A stretch of 64,000 nucleotides of DNA from Euglena gracilis. Its lineage: Eukaryota. How positions within the stretch are numbered: position 1 is the stretch's first letter; the number at the start of each line of letters is the position of its first letter. The stretch covers positions 32,078,012-32,142,011 of the forward strand of contig CP154954.1 in NCBI GenBank assembly GCA_039621445.1, given 5' to 3'. The translations under genes and the position numbers were made by a program. The notes under the pieces are model-generated. The model saw only the letters and a list, made by a program, of their open reading frames with translations. It did not search any database and was not told the origin of the DNA. Positions 37,201-50,382 of this stretch are shown here, in pieces.

Positions 37201-40200
37201 TGGAGCTAAACCTCCAAACCACTTATAAGTCCCCCCGGCTTCCGTACAAACTGATTTGTTGGGCCGGCCGAAGGCATGGTTTGTAAATGGGGGGATTTAA
37301 ATGAAAGAATTGTTTGGCTAATTGCAAAGCAACCCCCAGGCAAGGTTATTGAAAAGTTTTTATTTCAGAATGGCATTTCGCTTGGTTCGGTTGGATCTTG
37401 ATCTTGACTTTGGGGGAGGGGGTCCAAGGTAGTCGAGATGCTTGACCCCCCCTCCTCGAGATTTGTCAAGGTTTTGTCCAAAAGAAAAATGGCCGAAGCG
37501 ACCAAAGGCGGCGGAAAAAGTTGCAAAAATGGCCAATGATTGCAAAAATACCAAAAATCACCACAAATTGCCGAAAAAATGGTCAACAATTACCAGAGTG
37601 GCCAAAGGTGCCAGGAATGGCAAAAAAATGACCAACCTTAACCTCCCCCTAAACCATTTAAGGCTTCATTGCATTTTAAGCCACTTTGGAACCCCCTCCA
37701 GATTTTTCGAGGTTTCAAGATTTTGGAGAAGTTTGTGATTCTTCGAGAAGCCGAGATGGTTCAAGGTTCACAATATAACCTTGCTCTTGGATAACCTTGC
37801 TCTTGGTCAGAAAAAAAGTTTGTGAATCAGTTTCTTCGAGTTGTTGCCACTCATCTTTCCATTTCGTGTTTTTTCGTGTTGGTTGAGTTGGTGTATAAGG
37901 GGTATCACTTTTTGGGGAGTTCACTCGAAAAAAAAGTTAGAGGTGGGTTCTCCAACCACCCAATGGGGGGGCGGTCGACCCACTCACCCCAACGGCCCAT
38001 TCCAACCAACTACGTTAAAGCCAAAACTCCGGCTGGATTGGTCCTGGCTGCAACCCCTTCCCACCCAACCAACCCCAGAAGGGAAGGCGAGGTTAAATGA
38101 AGGTGTGCATGTCTTGCCAGGAATTTTTATCTCCTCCCAAGGATCCGCCCTGAGATGAGTTTGAGCAGGAGCGTCGGGCCGACGTTTGGGGGACACGTTC
38201 GCAGGCAGGAGGACGGAAAAGACTTTGAAGAACAAAAATGGAGGAGATCAGGGTGAGGGGCAATTTTGATCCAACATAACGGGATGGTCCATTCAAACAA
38301 TAATGGGGACACAAAATGCGGTGGAGTTAAAAAAACATTTTATTCAGGTCAAACAAATCCGCCATGCACGCCAGACTTGAGTTGAGTTTTCCCCAACCCA
38401 ACAGGGCGATGGCAGACAAACGCCTGTGCATCAGATTTTCTTTCAACCGGCAGGCACCTGGAAAAAGCCGACACGTTAGCCCATGAGAGCAATCAAAAGC
38501 CTGCGGAGAAAGAAGCCACATGCCCAAAATCAGTTTCAAACACAAGACAACACCCTGTTTTCCTTTTTCTCTCAAGGGGAAAAAAACGTTTCCTGTCCCT
38601 CATTTTTGGTGCATATTCTCCTTACAATCTGGACGAACATCACAAGAGACAAAAATGTGGGAACCTCGATTTTCCCATCATTTTTCCCTTCATTTTTTGT
38701 CCATTTTACGTTTCCCATAAACATTGGGTCGCCATTCTCACGTGCACGCAAATTTGACATAAAGTTTATGAAACGAACGTTTGGGGCACTCTTTATCGCA
38801 ACAAAAGACCACCAGACTCCAGAAGACCATTCTGGCCATTTTAATTTTAGAGTTGGTATTTTTGCTGAAGGCATCTTTGTTAAAATTAGGATAATCACCA
38901 TCATTACCCATCATTCCATTGAAAGGTTCTCCATGAAAGGTTGCTTTTCCCTCTTTTTCTGATTATACAATAATTTCCACCTGTATCCCCAACTGTAAGT
39001 TTAGGCTGCACTGTGTGCGTAGTCCAGATCGGCATTTTCTTAACTCTTTACCCCCCCCCAGCGGGGAGGGTCAAGGGCTGGAGAGGGTAGTGCTAGAGCT
39101 AGAGCTAGAGCAGACCGTTGAGTGTCAAAGGTGCCAGGGCCAGAAAATGGCCATTTTCAAAGGAGGTTTGCCTGGGCCGAACCTGGCTGGGATGCAATAT
39201 TACCCGTTGGGCGGGGGAGTGTACCACACCTCTGGCACCTCTGGACCCCCTCAGCTGGCCTGCAGTCCCACAGGTGCCCGAAGAGCAATAAATGCGTGAT
39301 TGTTTTTCAAGGTGGCTCCGCCCACCCAGCCCAGCGAGGAGCTCAGGAAGGGGGTGGTCTGCCATCAAACAGAAAGCCCTCAAACCCCAATTCCTGGCCT
39401 CGGGGGAAAAAGGCCTCCAAACCCCCATTCCCCATCAGTTTTGGCCATTTCCCCGAAACTTACAGCGTGTTATGCCAAAGCTGTCCACCCAAACCCCCAG
39501 CCAGCCAGAGCCGAACCCCCTCCTCTGGGAGGGTAGGCTCAGCCCACCCAGCGGGGTCTTCTGAGTCAAACGAGAAGCCGGCACCTTCAAACGAAGCCTG
39601 GTTGGGGTTGCCCAGACCCCAACCCAAACTCTTTGATGCCTAAACAGGCTGGCCGCCATTGTCGGGACCGACGAGTGGCAGCCGCGGCGGCGGCGGCGGC
39701 GGCGGCAGGCGGCGTTCCCGGGCGGGCCGCGGTGGGAGGGCCGGGATGGGGCATGCCATTGCTGAGGGGTGCCCTCGCGGGGAGGCAGTCAATCGATCGC
39801 TAACACCTTTGGCGGGGGCACTCATGGACCCCGGGAAAGGCGGGAACCCGACGCGAAAAATTGTTTTCCGCAACCGTTGCTGGACTGTAGCCAGGCTTCT
39901 TTATACCAACCGCTGTCGGTGAGGTGCTCTGCGCTATGGGGCACCTGCCCATAGCAGGCACACCCCTGCCGACCAAGCCAATTCTCCCTTCTTGAAAAAT
40001 GACCTTTCAATGGCCCTGAAAAATCCGCCTCCGTCGACTTTGGCACCGGGGGGGGGGGGGGGGATAGCACTGCCCGGTCCAAACCCCCCGGGGCTCGAAA
40101 ATGCCCTACCCCTTGCCTGCCCCCCGGAGGGGGGGGGGGTGCGAACTTCCTTAAAAAGAAGCCTGGTTGTACCGGTGGGAACAGCAGACAAAAAAAAGCA

Positions 40201-41149
40201 GTCAGTAGCGGTCAAAGGGGAGAACTGGTCATTCACCAGCCCCGGGGGGGGGGGGGGTGGATGCAACCAATGCTCAGCAATCGTCTGCACGGGGACGATG
40301 CGGCTGGCGCCGGACAGCAGCCGGAGTTCGGCCCACCTCCCAGGGACGGGCGCCGTAGCGGAGGGAGGTGGCCTCTGCTGCGGCGCTGCAAGGGGTTCCA
40401 GTATGGCCCTTTCCCCCGGCCAGGCTTCTTTTTAAGACCCCCGGGGGGGGGGGTCTTTTAAGACCCTCCCGCCCACCCAGCCCAGTGCGGGCCCCTGGGG
40501 GGGGGGCAAAAATTGGTTTCCAAAAAAAGTACGGCTCAGGACCCCCAGATCCGATGCTTTCATGACTTGTGCAACCTGCGTATGGGTGGCGAAGGTGTGC
40601 CTCCTACAGGACATTCTCTGGTCTCGACCCTGAGCTGTCGTCGGATTTTTGCAAACTGGTGAATTTAGTTTTCTTCTTCCTCTGCTAACAGGAATGTGGG
40701 ATGGAGAAGTGCATGGACACTTTTGGGTATGACACATAACAAACAAAAAAAAGCTGAAAAATCTCAACTAAGGTCAGGAGCTCCAAATTACACAATTAAA
40801 AAACAATATGCCATATTTCCTCCATGGAACCACTTTCTCAACACATTCCACCGTTTTTATGAACTTTCCTGCTGAGGTTTTTTCTTTTAATTTGTGTTTC
40901 TGCGTAATTTTCATTTTTATAATGATTTTAAGCATTTTCATTTTTTGCATACTTTCGCCTCCCAATGTCGGAAAAAAGAGTGAATTTTCAAAAAAAAATA
41001 GTGCAGAAAGTTTGCCCACCTACCGGGATTCCCAGACAGTTTGAAGTTGATATCACCCTTTTGGATAAATTGCATCGCTGTTTTTCAGGAGAAAAAACCA
41101 CATATTTGAACCCCTTGTTGCCCCCCCCCCCTGCTAAAAGCGACAGCAG

Positions 41150-42600
41150 CCACTTTGGACAACATTTAACAGCATTGCACCACATTCAATTCTAAATACT
41201 TTCTTCCCTTTTTCCTCAATATGATTTGATAATTTCATGACCAGGAGTGCTGCATGGGGAATGGGGAAAGTTGCAAACACAGCATTATGCTGCATACTTC
41301 TTCATTTTCGACCATTTTGTTTGTACTTCAAATTCCACAACAAGGCAAAAAAAAGCAAAAAGGGGCAAATGAATAAAGCAAAAACACACACACAGCCACA
41401 AACAAATATCCCAAAGAGCAAAGCCCACGACAACGACCTTGCCACACTCGAACGGCAGGCCACTGGATGCCTTGGTGCGGTGCAGCCTAGGCCCTGCATG
41501 GAGGGGGAAGGTGACGGCGTTCCTCCGCAACTGGAGCAGAGGGTTACGCTGGGCAGCTGGCGAATGGACAATGTCCTCCTCTGCGGACAAAGTGCGGAGG
41601 TTGATGGGGCAGGCAAGAGGTGGCAACCCATGGGCTCCGTATGCACGGCACATAGCAAAAGCGGCCTCGCCGGGGGGATGGTTTGAAATAACAATTCTGA
41701 ACGACAAACAAAATCCAAAAAGAGAAAACATTGCTTTCATGGCCATGATCCGCAGCAACCAAAACAAAAACCCCGCATCGCATTGACCCCCTGCCTGTGC
41801 TCACACATTCATTTCTACACCGTCAAAATTGGTTCCAGTTGAACAATACCTATTTGTATCACAAATCTTTGTGTGTCTTTGTGGACTCATGTATCAAGCT
41901 TTTTTCCACATGGACAGTGACTTGGACCAACCTCAAACTTAAAACGCCCGCAGCTAGGAAGTGGAAAGGCATTTTGAGCAATTTCGCACAATATGATTTC
42001 TCTCACCAGGATTCCTGTGGCAGGCAGGCATTTCTGCAACGCCTCTCCCCGCTCAGGGGTCAAGGTGTATCATTTCGTGGCTGGGCCGGGGTGCGTCGGA
42101 AACGACTGAACCTTTTGCCCCAATGCCTGGCTGGGAGAGGGCTCCACCTCCACCAGCTCCAGCTGGTCGAACGAGGGGCTGTGGTGCCTTCCCGATTGCG
42201 GCGGCCGGGCTGCGACGTACCGCTGCCGGCCAGGGGCACGGCCAGGGACCGGGGCCAAGACAAGCGGCAGACATCGCCTTGGTGCCTTGGACCAACACGG
42301 AACCAGCTCACCCACTTCGGCGCCAAGCATCGGCCCGGCGCCTGCACAGGAGTCCCTGAGGTGCTATTCCCCGGTCTCTGGTCGCTTCCCTCTTTTATTT
42401 GCTTGGCCTGGAGGCCGAGCCGCTTGGGGCCTCCCGACCCGCCCGGGGGTGCAGGGGAGGCTTCTGCAGGGGCGAGGGCGTGGGTGCATGAGGCGGCGCA
42501 GCCCATCGGATGCCTCTGCAGGGAGGGTCAGGAGGAGAAACCCATGCAGTTTGCCCTCTGGGGGTTTGGGGGGAGAAGGCCAGCTGCAAACCCTTTCCAT
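41150..42600 (+). repeat. Diverged dispersed repeat homologous to ~6600-7430 plus 10720-11230; GC-rich part also at ~63090-63900
   Basis: Shared motifs such as GGTGACGGCGTTCC, GCCTGGCTGGGAGAGGGCTCC and GCGCAGCCCATCGGATGCCTCT. Confidence 0.8.
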
Positions 42601-44245
42601 CAATGGATGCGAGCAGGGTTTACTTGAGGACCCCCCAGGGGGGTCCATGCTGGAAAATATATGCTGGCTTGGACCCCCGACCATAGATTCACTTCGTGAC
42701 CCCCGGGGGGCATTTTTCCCAGGCCCAACCCCACACCACTTTTTTCAAAAAAAACCACCCACCCACAACCGCCCCCACGGGGGGTCAACCACCAACTCAC
42801 CCATCCACCCACCCAGCCAAAATCGGCTGAAAATTCTGAAAATTTTATCCGGCCCGGCCTTTGGCCAGGCAAAAACCTGACCCACAGCCAACAGGGGGGG
42901 TCACAGGTCCCAACCCACAAGGAGGGTGTACGGGGTTTAGGTGGGAAGCATTCAAACACCATGAGAAAGAAACCCCCTGAGAAGCATTCAAACACCATTT
43001 CTGGCCACTTTGGCCCCCTTTCCCGAAATAAATTACAGCGCAAATCGCTGGAAAATTTGGGCTTTGTGCCGAGCTCAGGTTTCTTATTAAGGATATGTTG
43101 GAGAGGCAGAATTTAAACTCCTCCATCGGCATCTTTTCATCTTGCATAAAAATGGCAATTTGTTGACCAAAAAAAATGCAGAAAATGCCAAATAAATAAT
43201 AATTTTGGTCTCAGGAAAATCGGAAAAAAATGAGAAATTTACAGTGGAAAAATTTCCAGCTAAAAAGCAAAAAAAGAAAAAGAAAACCCACCACAAAAAA
43301 AGCACCTAAAAGCAAAAAAAGCAAAAAACCAAAATTTTGCCAAAAATAAAAATAACCCTCTCAAAAAAAGTTTTATGTTGCCCCTCCCCCTGCTTTGTGC
43401 GTCAGGCAAACTTGGCCATTTTTGATCTTTTTGGCCAGAGGCAGAGACGGATGTGGTGGACAAAAAAGATACAACTGGTTAAGAACAATGAGTAAAAAAA
43501 TATAACAAGCCAAAATCCAACATGAATGGACCTCTGAAAAACTCGAAATGTGTGTCAAACATGCGAAACATGCACAAAATAATTGTTCAACATCCCCCCT
43601 ACCCTAATCATTGCAACCTTCTGCAAATTTGCTTTCCTTCACCTCCCTGCTTACTGAAATGCAGACCGACTTCTCAACCTTGTTCTGTCCACCATCCTAC
43701 CCTATCCCCTTCACCAGCAAAAATACTTCCCCACCACTGCCCCCCTGGACACACCTTATTTCCAGTGTCTAGCAAAATGGCTAACCAGTGGACTCCCCCC
43801 AGGGACCTCGAGCAATGGCCTGGTGGGTGGGTCCGGACCCCCCCGGGTTCACCAAAATAGGTAGGTCTTAAAATAAAAACTGATGTGTTGTTTGGCGATC
43901 TTTAAGAGCGCTCCCTCTGGGACAACTAACCCTATTAAATTTCTTTCACTGGCACTTTCCGGTATTTTAGAAAAACTTCAAAAGGAAGGCATTTTCTAAT
44001 TTTTCGGGGTGTCGCCACTGGGCGTCTGCTGGAGGGCGCGGAAGTTGAGGTAGCCAGCAGCCTTTTTCCAGCCTTGGAATCCCCTATCCCCAACCTGCCA
44101 AGTCGACGGTAATGAACTCTTTGCCTGGGTCGCCAAAGTCGGTGAAAATGTGGAAATTGAGCCGAAGAACAACTTCCCAGCCAAAACTTCGGGTCAAATA
44201 TCCATTCGATGCGCAATTTCGTGGATTTCGGATTTTTCGCAGTTA

Positions 44246-44502
44246 CCCCTCCCCCCTAGTCGTACGACCACCCCTCATTTACGACCACCCCCCGGTCACA
44301 GGTTGCTGGTCATGGGGGTGTTATGACCCCCCCCCGGTCACAGGTTGCAGGTTGCGAAAAATTTAACACCACCTTACCTACGACCGCCCCGTCATTTTTG
44401 ACCATCCCCAAGTCACAGGTTGCAGGTTACGGGGGTGTTACGACCCCCCCCCCGGTCACAGGTTGCAGGAACCCGGTCATACGACAAGGGGGGGGGGGCG
44501 GG
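44246..44502 (-). mobile_element. TA-flanked MITE family A (reverse orientation)
   Basis: Internal GGTCACAGGTTGCAGG repeats, same TIR, TA flanks. Confidence 0.87.
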
Positions 44503-45111
44503 TACGAATTTTGCTTTCCAGCCAGGGCCCAGTTTCATCCCCCCGGGGTGGGTGGCTTCCGTCATCCGCTCCCCCTGGAGCGTTCAAAAGAAGCCGGTTG
44601 GTTGAAGTTTGATTTTCATGAGTGATATTTTTTCCAAAGCCGGCGCCCGAACTCAACACCAGACCCCCATGCGGTACCCTATGCGTTACCCAGACCCTTA
44701 AAAAGAAGCCAGCCCCCCTGCACCTGAAAATGGCATTATTGGCATGTATCTTTGCCGAGAAATCATACAAAAAAATTGGCTAAGTTCGGTTGTTTTGACC
44801 GTTCAACCTTTCATAATAGCCCCCCCCCCTCCATAAGAGAGAAGGGTTCGGTCTGGATTCACCCCCCCCACCAACTTGCTTGAAATCTTCAAAAGGGGCC
44901 TTTTACTTTTTTAATTAAATACTCAGTGTACTTCTGATAGGTGCTTTTTTTGGTGGCTTTCAATCTGACCTTTTTTCTGCTGGAGTATCCAGAAACAATC
45001 CGTTTTTTTTTGTCTTTTCCCTGGGCGGGTGGATGTTCATTTTCCCCATTTCAGAGCCACCGACAGCTTTTTTTTGTCGCAGGTCCTCTTTCAATCCTGT
45101 CACAATCCGGC

Positions 45112-45206
45112 TAAGGGTTAGGGTTAGGGTTAGGGTTGGGGTTGGGGTTGGGGTTGGGGTTGGGGTTAGGGTTAGGGTTAGGGTTAGGGTTAGGGTTAGG
45201 GTTGGG
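45112..45206 (+). repeat. Interstitial telomeric repeat, mixed TTAGGG/TTGGGG
   Basis: TAAGGG (TTAGGG)3 (TTGGGG)5 (TTAGGG)6 TTGGG. Confidence 0.95.
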
Positions 45207-46439
45207 TGGCCATCGTGTGGTGAACTTGTTAATGAATATTTTAGTTTTGCAAGGTGGGTTGCCAAACCCTGATGAAAGTGATTTTCCCTTTTTTTTTTAA
45301 CATGATCACCAGTTTTCGGATTCTGCCTGTTCAGTGGTATGCCTTTTTTATGTCAAGGACCATACACAATTCTTCTCTCCTGCTTTCTGGCTATCAGCTA
45401 AGAGGTCCAACCCACCAACCCAACCAGCCAGCTTTCAATAAAGCCAAACCCTAGAACGGCAGGCTTGGGGGGCTGCCCTTCCCAAAATTTACGATGGCCC
45501 ACTCCGGGCACATGTCACACCATCGCAGAACTCTGCAGACCCACCCTCCTCTGCGACACGCCTTTCCTTGCCTTTGTCTCCTGTGGCGGTGACAGGCTCT
45601 CTTGTTCTTGGGTCTAACTGACAGTTGCTCAAGTTCCCTCCTCCTCCTCCTTATGTGACTGGTTTCGCACCATTTCTCTCCGCTCACCCTTCAGTCATTT
45701 ACCACATTCAATCACTTATTGTACCAATGGGCAGCTATGCCCCCTTCCCCCGGGGGGGGGGGGGGGGTCTGGGAGGTACCCCCAACTGGAAAAAAAAATT
45801 CCTCCGGAGCTATGGAAATGAGGATTTTAATGCATTTTTTTGGCGATTTTGTTAAAAAAAAATCCCAAAAATGGCCAGAAATGGTCATTTTGGGCCATTT
45901 TGGGGGGTCCCAAAAAAAATTCGGTGCTTCGCGCCGGTCACTGGAGAAAAAATTCCACCAGCTAGCCCTGCCAGCAGACCCCCCCGTTCGGGTCCACTAG
46001 AGTTCCCACTGGACATATTTGGACCAGCTGCAGTCCACCCCCCCAGGGGGTACTGCGAACCTTTAAGCAAAGGTCTGCCACCCACCCCTGGGGGGCCCCT
46101 GGGGAGGGGGCTAGGGGGGAACTGCTTTTTTTTGGGTGTAAAGTTTGGGGTCCAAAAAAAATCGGCTTCGTGCCAAAAATAGAGGGAAATCCCGCCTCCG
46201 GCGAGGTACCCACTCGGCTGGGACCCCAGAGGGCCATAAAACTTAAAGAAAAAAGCACTCTGAACACATTTTCGCTTTATTTCGTGTTGTCATTGTGCGA
46301 TGAAAATTCCTTTGGGTTTCTGATCTGAAAAGGCAATGCAGGTTCCCTACTGCCATATTTCGACATGTGTTGTCCTCGCTGGGCAAACCTGACGAGCGGG
46401 GTTGTATACAAGGGTAGGTGGGGGGGGGGGGTAGGACCT

Positions 46440-47349
46440 CTCCCTGTGTATTTCAAAAAAAACAGCATGGACAAATGGCAGACTCTGGATCTGGAGAAAA
46501 AGATGCCGTGCTAAGAAATTTCGCCCCCGCAAACAATAGACCAAAAGTGCAACTCTGGGCAAACTCTTGCCACAAATGCTACGCTGGGAAAAGCTGACCA
46601 TTTGGGAGGGTCCTGGTAGGGCTTCTTTTTACCCCAGGGAGGGTGCCTTGTGCCATGGGGTGCCTGCCCACAGCATCGGTTTTGGCCCCGTTGCCTGCCG
46701 ACCCAGGCGAATTTCCCTTGAATGGCCATTTTCGGGACCCGGCCGAGGGTGTGCCATGGCACTACCCACCCCAAAACCTGACCGCCTCGGGGTGAGGGGT
46801 GGGGGGTGCCCTACCCCTTGCCTGCCCATGAATACAACTGCTCAAGGGACGTATTTCCAGCAGTTTTGTTGCTGTAGCTCCGGTCAGGTCTGGCTCATAC
46901 GCTCAGTCACCCCCCCCACTCCCCCGGGCTGCCCACCACCAACAACTGCCACGTGCACCAGAAGACTGACTGAAAACCTCTGGCCGCAAGTGGTTAGCAG
47001 GCTGGGTCAGCGGGCGTACAGCAACAAAACCTCCCTTTGGGAGGCCATATGGCAAGCATTCCTGGGGATACCCCAGGACTCCGTTTTGAAACAGTACAAA
47101 AGCCTGCCTGCCTGCATGCATGCCGTGCTGGCGGCCAAAGGAGGTCACACACGCTACTGAACAGCCTTCAGGAGCGTGCAGCATATGGTGCTGGCGCCAC
47201 CTTGCTCTGCCCATCACCCATTGTGGCCCCCCAACCCATAGCACAAAGGCATATGTTTAACCAAAGAAAAAATCATTTTTTATTTTTTTCGTCTGAGGGG
47301 TATAAAAACTTTTTTGGCTTTAGGGTATAAAATTTTTTTTGGCACACTG
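46440..47349 (+). pseudogene. Tc1/IS630-family transposase remnant with right TIR
   Basis: Ordered motifs NGRLWIWRK, KVQLWA, YFQQ, PPHSPGL, ENLW and SLPACMHAVLAAKGGHTRY* (stop 47160), typical of Tc1 DDE C-termini. The element ends ...GGCACACTG followed by TA. Interrupted by a G/C-rich insert at ~46615-46825. Confidence 0.82.
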
Positions 47350-49416
47350 TATGCTGTAGCTTGATTCTTTTGGAAGCCACCATGAGCTACCTTGGGTTTC
47401 CCCGCCTTCTGACGATTCTAGGCATCGACGAGACCGGCGAGGCTGAACGACCGTTCCACAGCGGTGGAGGTGACAAGCCATGCAATTGCTCATCTACCCC
47501 CAATAAACATCTTGCTGACAATATGGCAAATACAAAAATGGCGGATATGACAATTTCACTTCCATCACTCCACTAACCCAAAAAAAGGTGACAAAAAGGG
47601 GGGAAATCAAATCAAGATGGGTATGACACAGGGGGGGGGGGATGCAACTTGGCCCTTCAAATTATGCAAGTCAAAAAAATGCAAAAAAATGCAAAAACAT
47701 GCAAAAAAATGCAACTTGCATAAAACCCCTGAGAAAAGGCTGGACTATAACAGAGTTTTGCTGCCTAAAATCAGTGAACATATGACACCTGTCAATGATT
47801 CGCAAATAAGACCTCCTCTTAGGCGGCCGAATTCGCACTTAAGGGTTTTTTCTTTAGAATTTGAGCAAATTCTACGAAATTCCTGGACCCTGTACCCTGA
47901 CACATGGGAGAACAGATTATGAGCTGTGACACTCCTCTATTGAAAGGGATTAACTCCCAGTAGTTTGGTGTAAATGCTGCTTACCAAGTGACGTGAATAG
48001 GGCTGATGGTGAGATTGGTGCTGTTGTACATCAAACAGGAGAGAGGCACACACCCCTTGTTACGACACTTGGAAATGGTGCTGAAGTGCAGGCTGAACTG
48101 ATTTGGATACTACCGCCAACGGTAAGAACACACGGAGCCTCATTAGATCACACACCACAGACTACGTCAGCCAGCCGTCACACAACTGATGTGTGTTTGT
48201 GGGCGCATTTGCGCAAATAAAAAAGCATTTTGTTTATGGGCGCATTTGCACAAATATAACGCAAAACATTGAAAATAAAAATACATATTTATGGGCGCAA
48301 ATGCACGCACAGACAAAAATTTTTGGTGCGCGCATTTGCACAAATGCGCACACAAACATGTATTTTTACTTTCCATGTTAAAAGACACCAATGAGGACAA
48401 TGACCCTACGAGGTTTTAAAACGTGATGGGCGTGTTGGTGTGCGCGATTGCGCAAATAAATAATATTACGTTTGTGCGCGCATTTGCGCAAATGCGCAAA
48501 CAAACATTTAATAAACCGCTTCAAAACGATGTGTTTCAGTGAGCCTTAAAACATACAAATAAAATTTGTCTATTTGGGCAAATGCGCAAATTAACAAACA
48601 TCAACTGTGCGATACCATTTCCTCCTCCGTGACAGCTGGCGAACGCAATTCCTCACGCCAACCAATGATTTGCACCACAATTACGTGGTGAGAGGTAGTG
48701 TGCAATGTTCACTGGAACACGGCATTTGACTGGCGAAAATTTGCCTGCCTTACGTGTGTACATTTGTGCATCACCTACCGACCCCCCCCCCGCACTCAAG
48801 CCCCATTTCGACTGGCATGTCCTTGCTCCTCTGCTTGGAAACCACAATATCAGGGTAAATGCCGAGGTCCTTGGCTTGACAAATTTCCCTAATTCACAGG
48901 CAAGATGCTGCTTTTCATTCCTCGATTGAAAAACCAGGGAAGTTGCCAGCCATTTGCTCATTTTTAAAAATGTCCTCCTTTTCAAACTCATTCCCAGACC
49001 TTTCTTTGGCATTCCAAATATTCTGATATTTTTGGTGTAGTGTAAGTATTTGTTTTTCACAGGCCCACCTATTTACGCCCAAAAATGCGATGCAAGAGAG
49101 GTTCGCTTTCCAGTGTCTTAATTTTAAACGCGTTTTCACCCTTGCACGGCTTCACAAATGCCATTTTTCTTCTATGAATTGGATTACACAAGATTAATTG
49201 ATCAATGTCCAACAGTGCCTTTCCAAAAAAAATATAATAAAAAAAAATAAAAAAAATTTCGAATGGAAATGAATTTCAAAGGGAATTTCCACAAATTTTT
49301 TTTATGGGGAGAGCCATATGCAGGCCTTGTCACTGATGCAGATGCCGAAATGTGTGTAGAATTACAGCGATGACTTATCCCGATGCGGCATTTCATTTGT
49401 GTTTTTCTTTGGTGCG

Positions 49417-49420
<4 letters not shown>

Positions 49421-49460
<40 letters not shown>
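49421..49460 (+). repeat. (GT)20 microsatellite
   Basis: Read directly from the sequence. Confidence 0.98.
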
Positions 49461-49461
<1 letters not shown>

Positions 49462-49910
49462 CTGTGGAAAGTGATTGGAAGTCGCTCTGCAACAAGGTTG
49501 GGTTTTTTTTTTGCATTTTTGGGGAGGTCCCAAAAACAACCCAAAAATTTTGGGTACCCCCCAAAAATCAAATTTTTGGGTTTGTGCAAAAGCTGTTTGT
49601 CGGACTTAAAAGAATCATCCTCTCAACAGCAGCCAGCTTCTACAATTCTTTTGCGTTTGAGGCATCACAGGTGGGCACCTGTGGTGTTTGCATTGGTGAG
49701 CACAACCAATGCAAAAAAGCACATAAATTTTTTGGTATTTCTGTCTGACTTTTTTGCGGGGACCCCAGTAAATTTGCTTGAACGCCAGTGAATGCTACCA
49801 CTCCTCAAAAATCATACAACAGGAAGACTAGGAATTGTTGTGCATCCTTATCTGTTCCCCGCCGATTTCTTTGTAATGATGTGTGTGAATTTTCTGCAAA
49901 ACTTTTCATT

Positions 49911-50382
49911 GGGGGTGGTGCGGGTCACGGGGGGGGGTCACGGGGGGGGGTCACAGGGGGGGGGTCACGGGGGAAGTATGTCTCTTTGCAGGTAGGGTTG
50001 CTCATTTTGCGGGTTTTTTTATTTTTTACTGGAAAATTTTTGGGATAAATGCGGAAAAATTGGAAATATTCCGATATTTCTCCATGGTAAAAAAATGACC
50101 CGGAATGGGGTGAATTTTGGGATTTTGGATCAAAAAACCACAACAAAATGGGAAATTGGGGGAAAATGGGGAAAACATTTTCCCACAATTTTCCAACCGG
50201 AGAAACAAAATTTGTTGTTGAAATTTTTCCGCGCAATTTTTCAGCAATCCTATTTGGAGGTAGTCGGGAGGCAGCATCAATGATCCCGAAAGGAAAGGTT
50301 GAAGAGATGAAGTGGAGGTTCAATTCTCGGGTCACGGGGGGGTCACGGGGGGGGGTCACGGGGTCACGGGGGAAGCACCCCC
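49911..50382 (+). mobile_element. Putative PIF/Harbinger-like MITE with (GGGGGTCAC)n arrays
   Basis: Termini GGGGGTG / CACCCCC, ATT on both flanks, same-orientation arrays at ~49921-49975 and ~50328-50374. Superfamily is inferred from the 3-bp TSD only. Confidence 0.55.

Noticed and set aside
39892..40165. hAT-like MITE with CAGGCTTCTTT / AAAGAAGCCTG termini
   Set aside because: The TIR is plausible but the flanks match only 5/8 and no empty site was found, so it is not listed as a supported feature.
45112..45206. True chromosome end
   Set aside because: Only 95 bp long and flanked by ordinary sequence on both sides.
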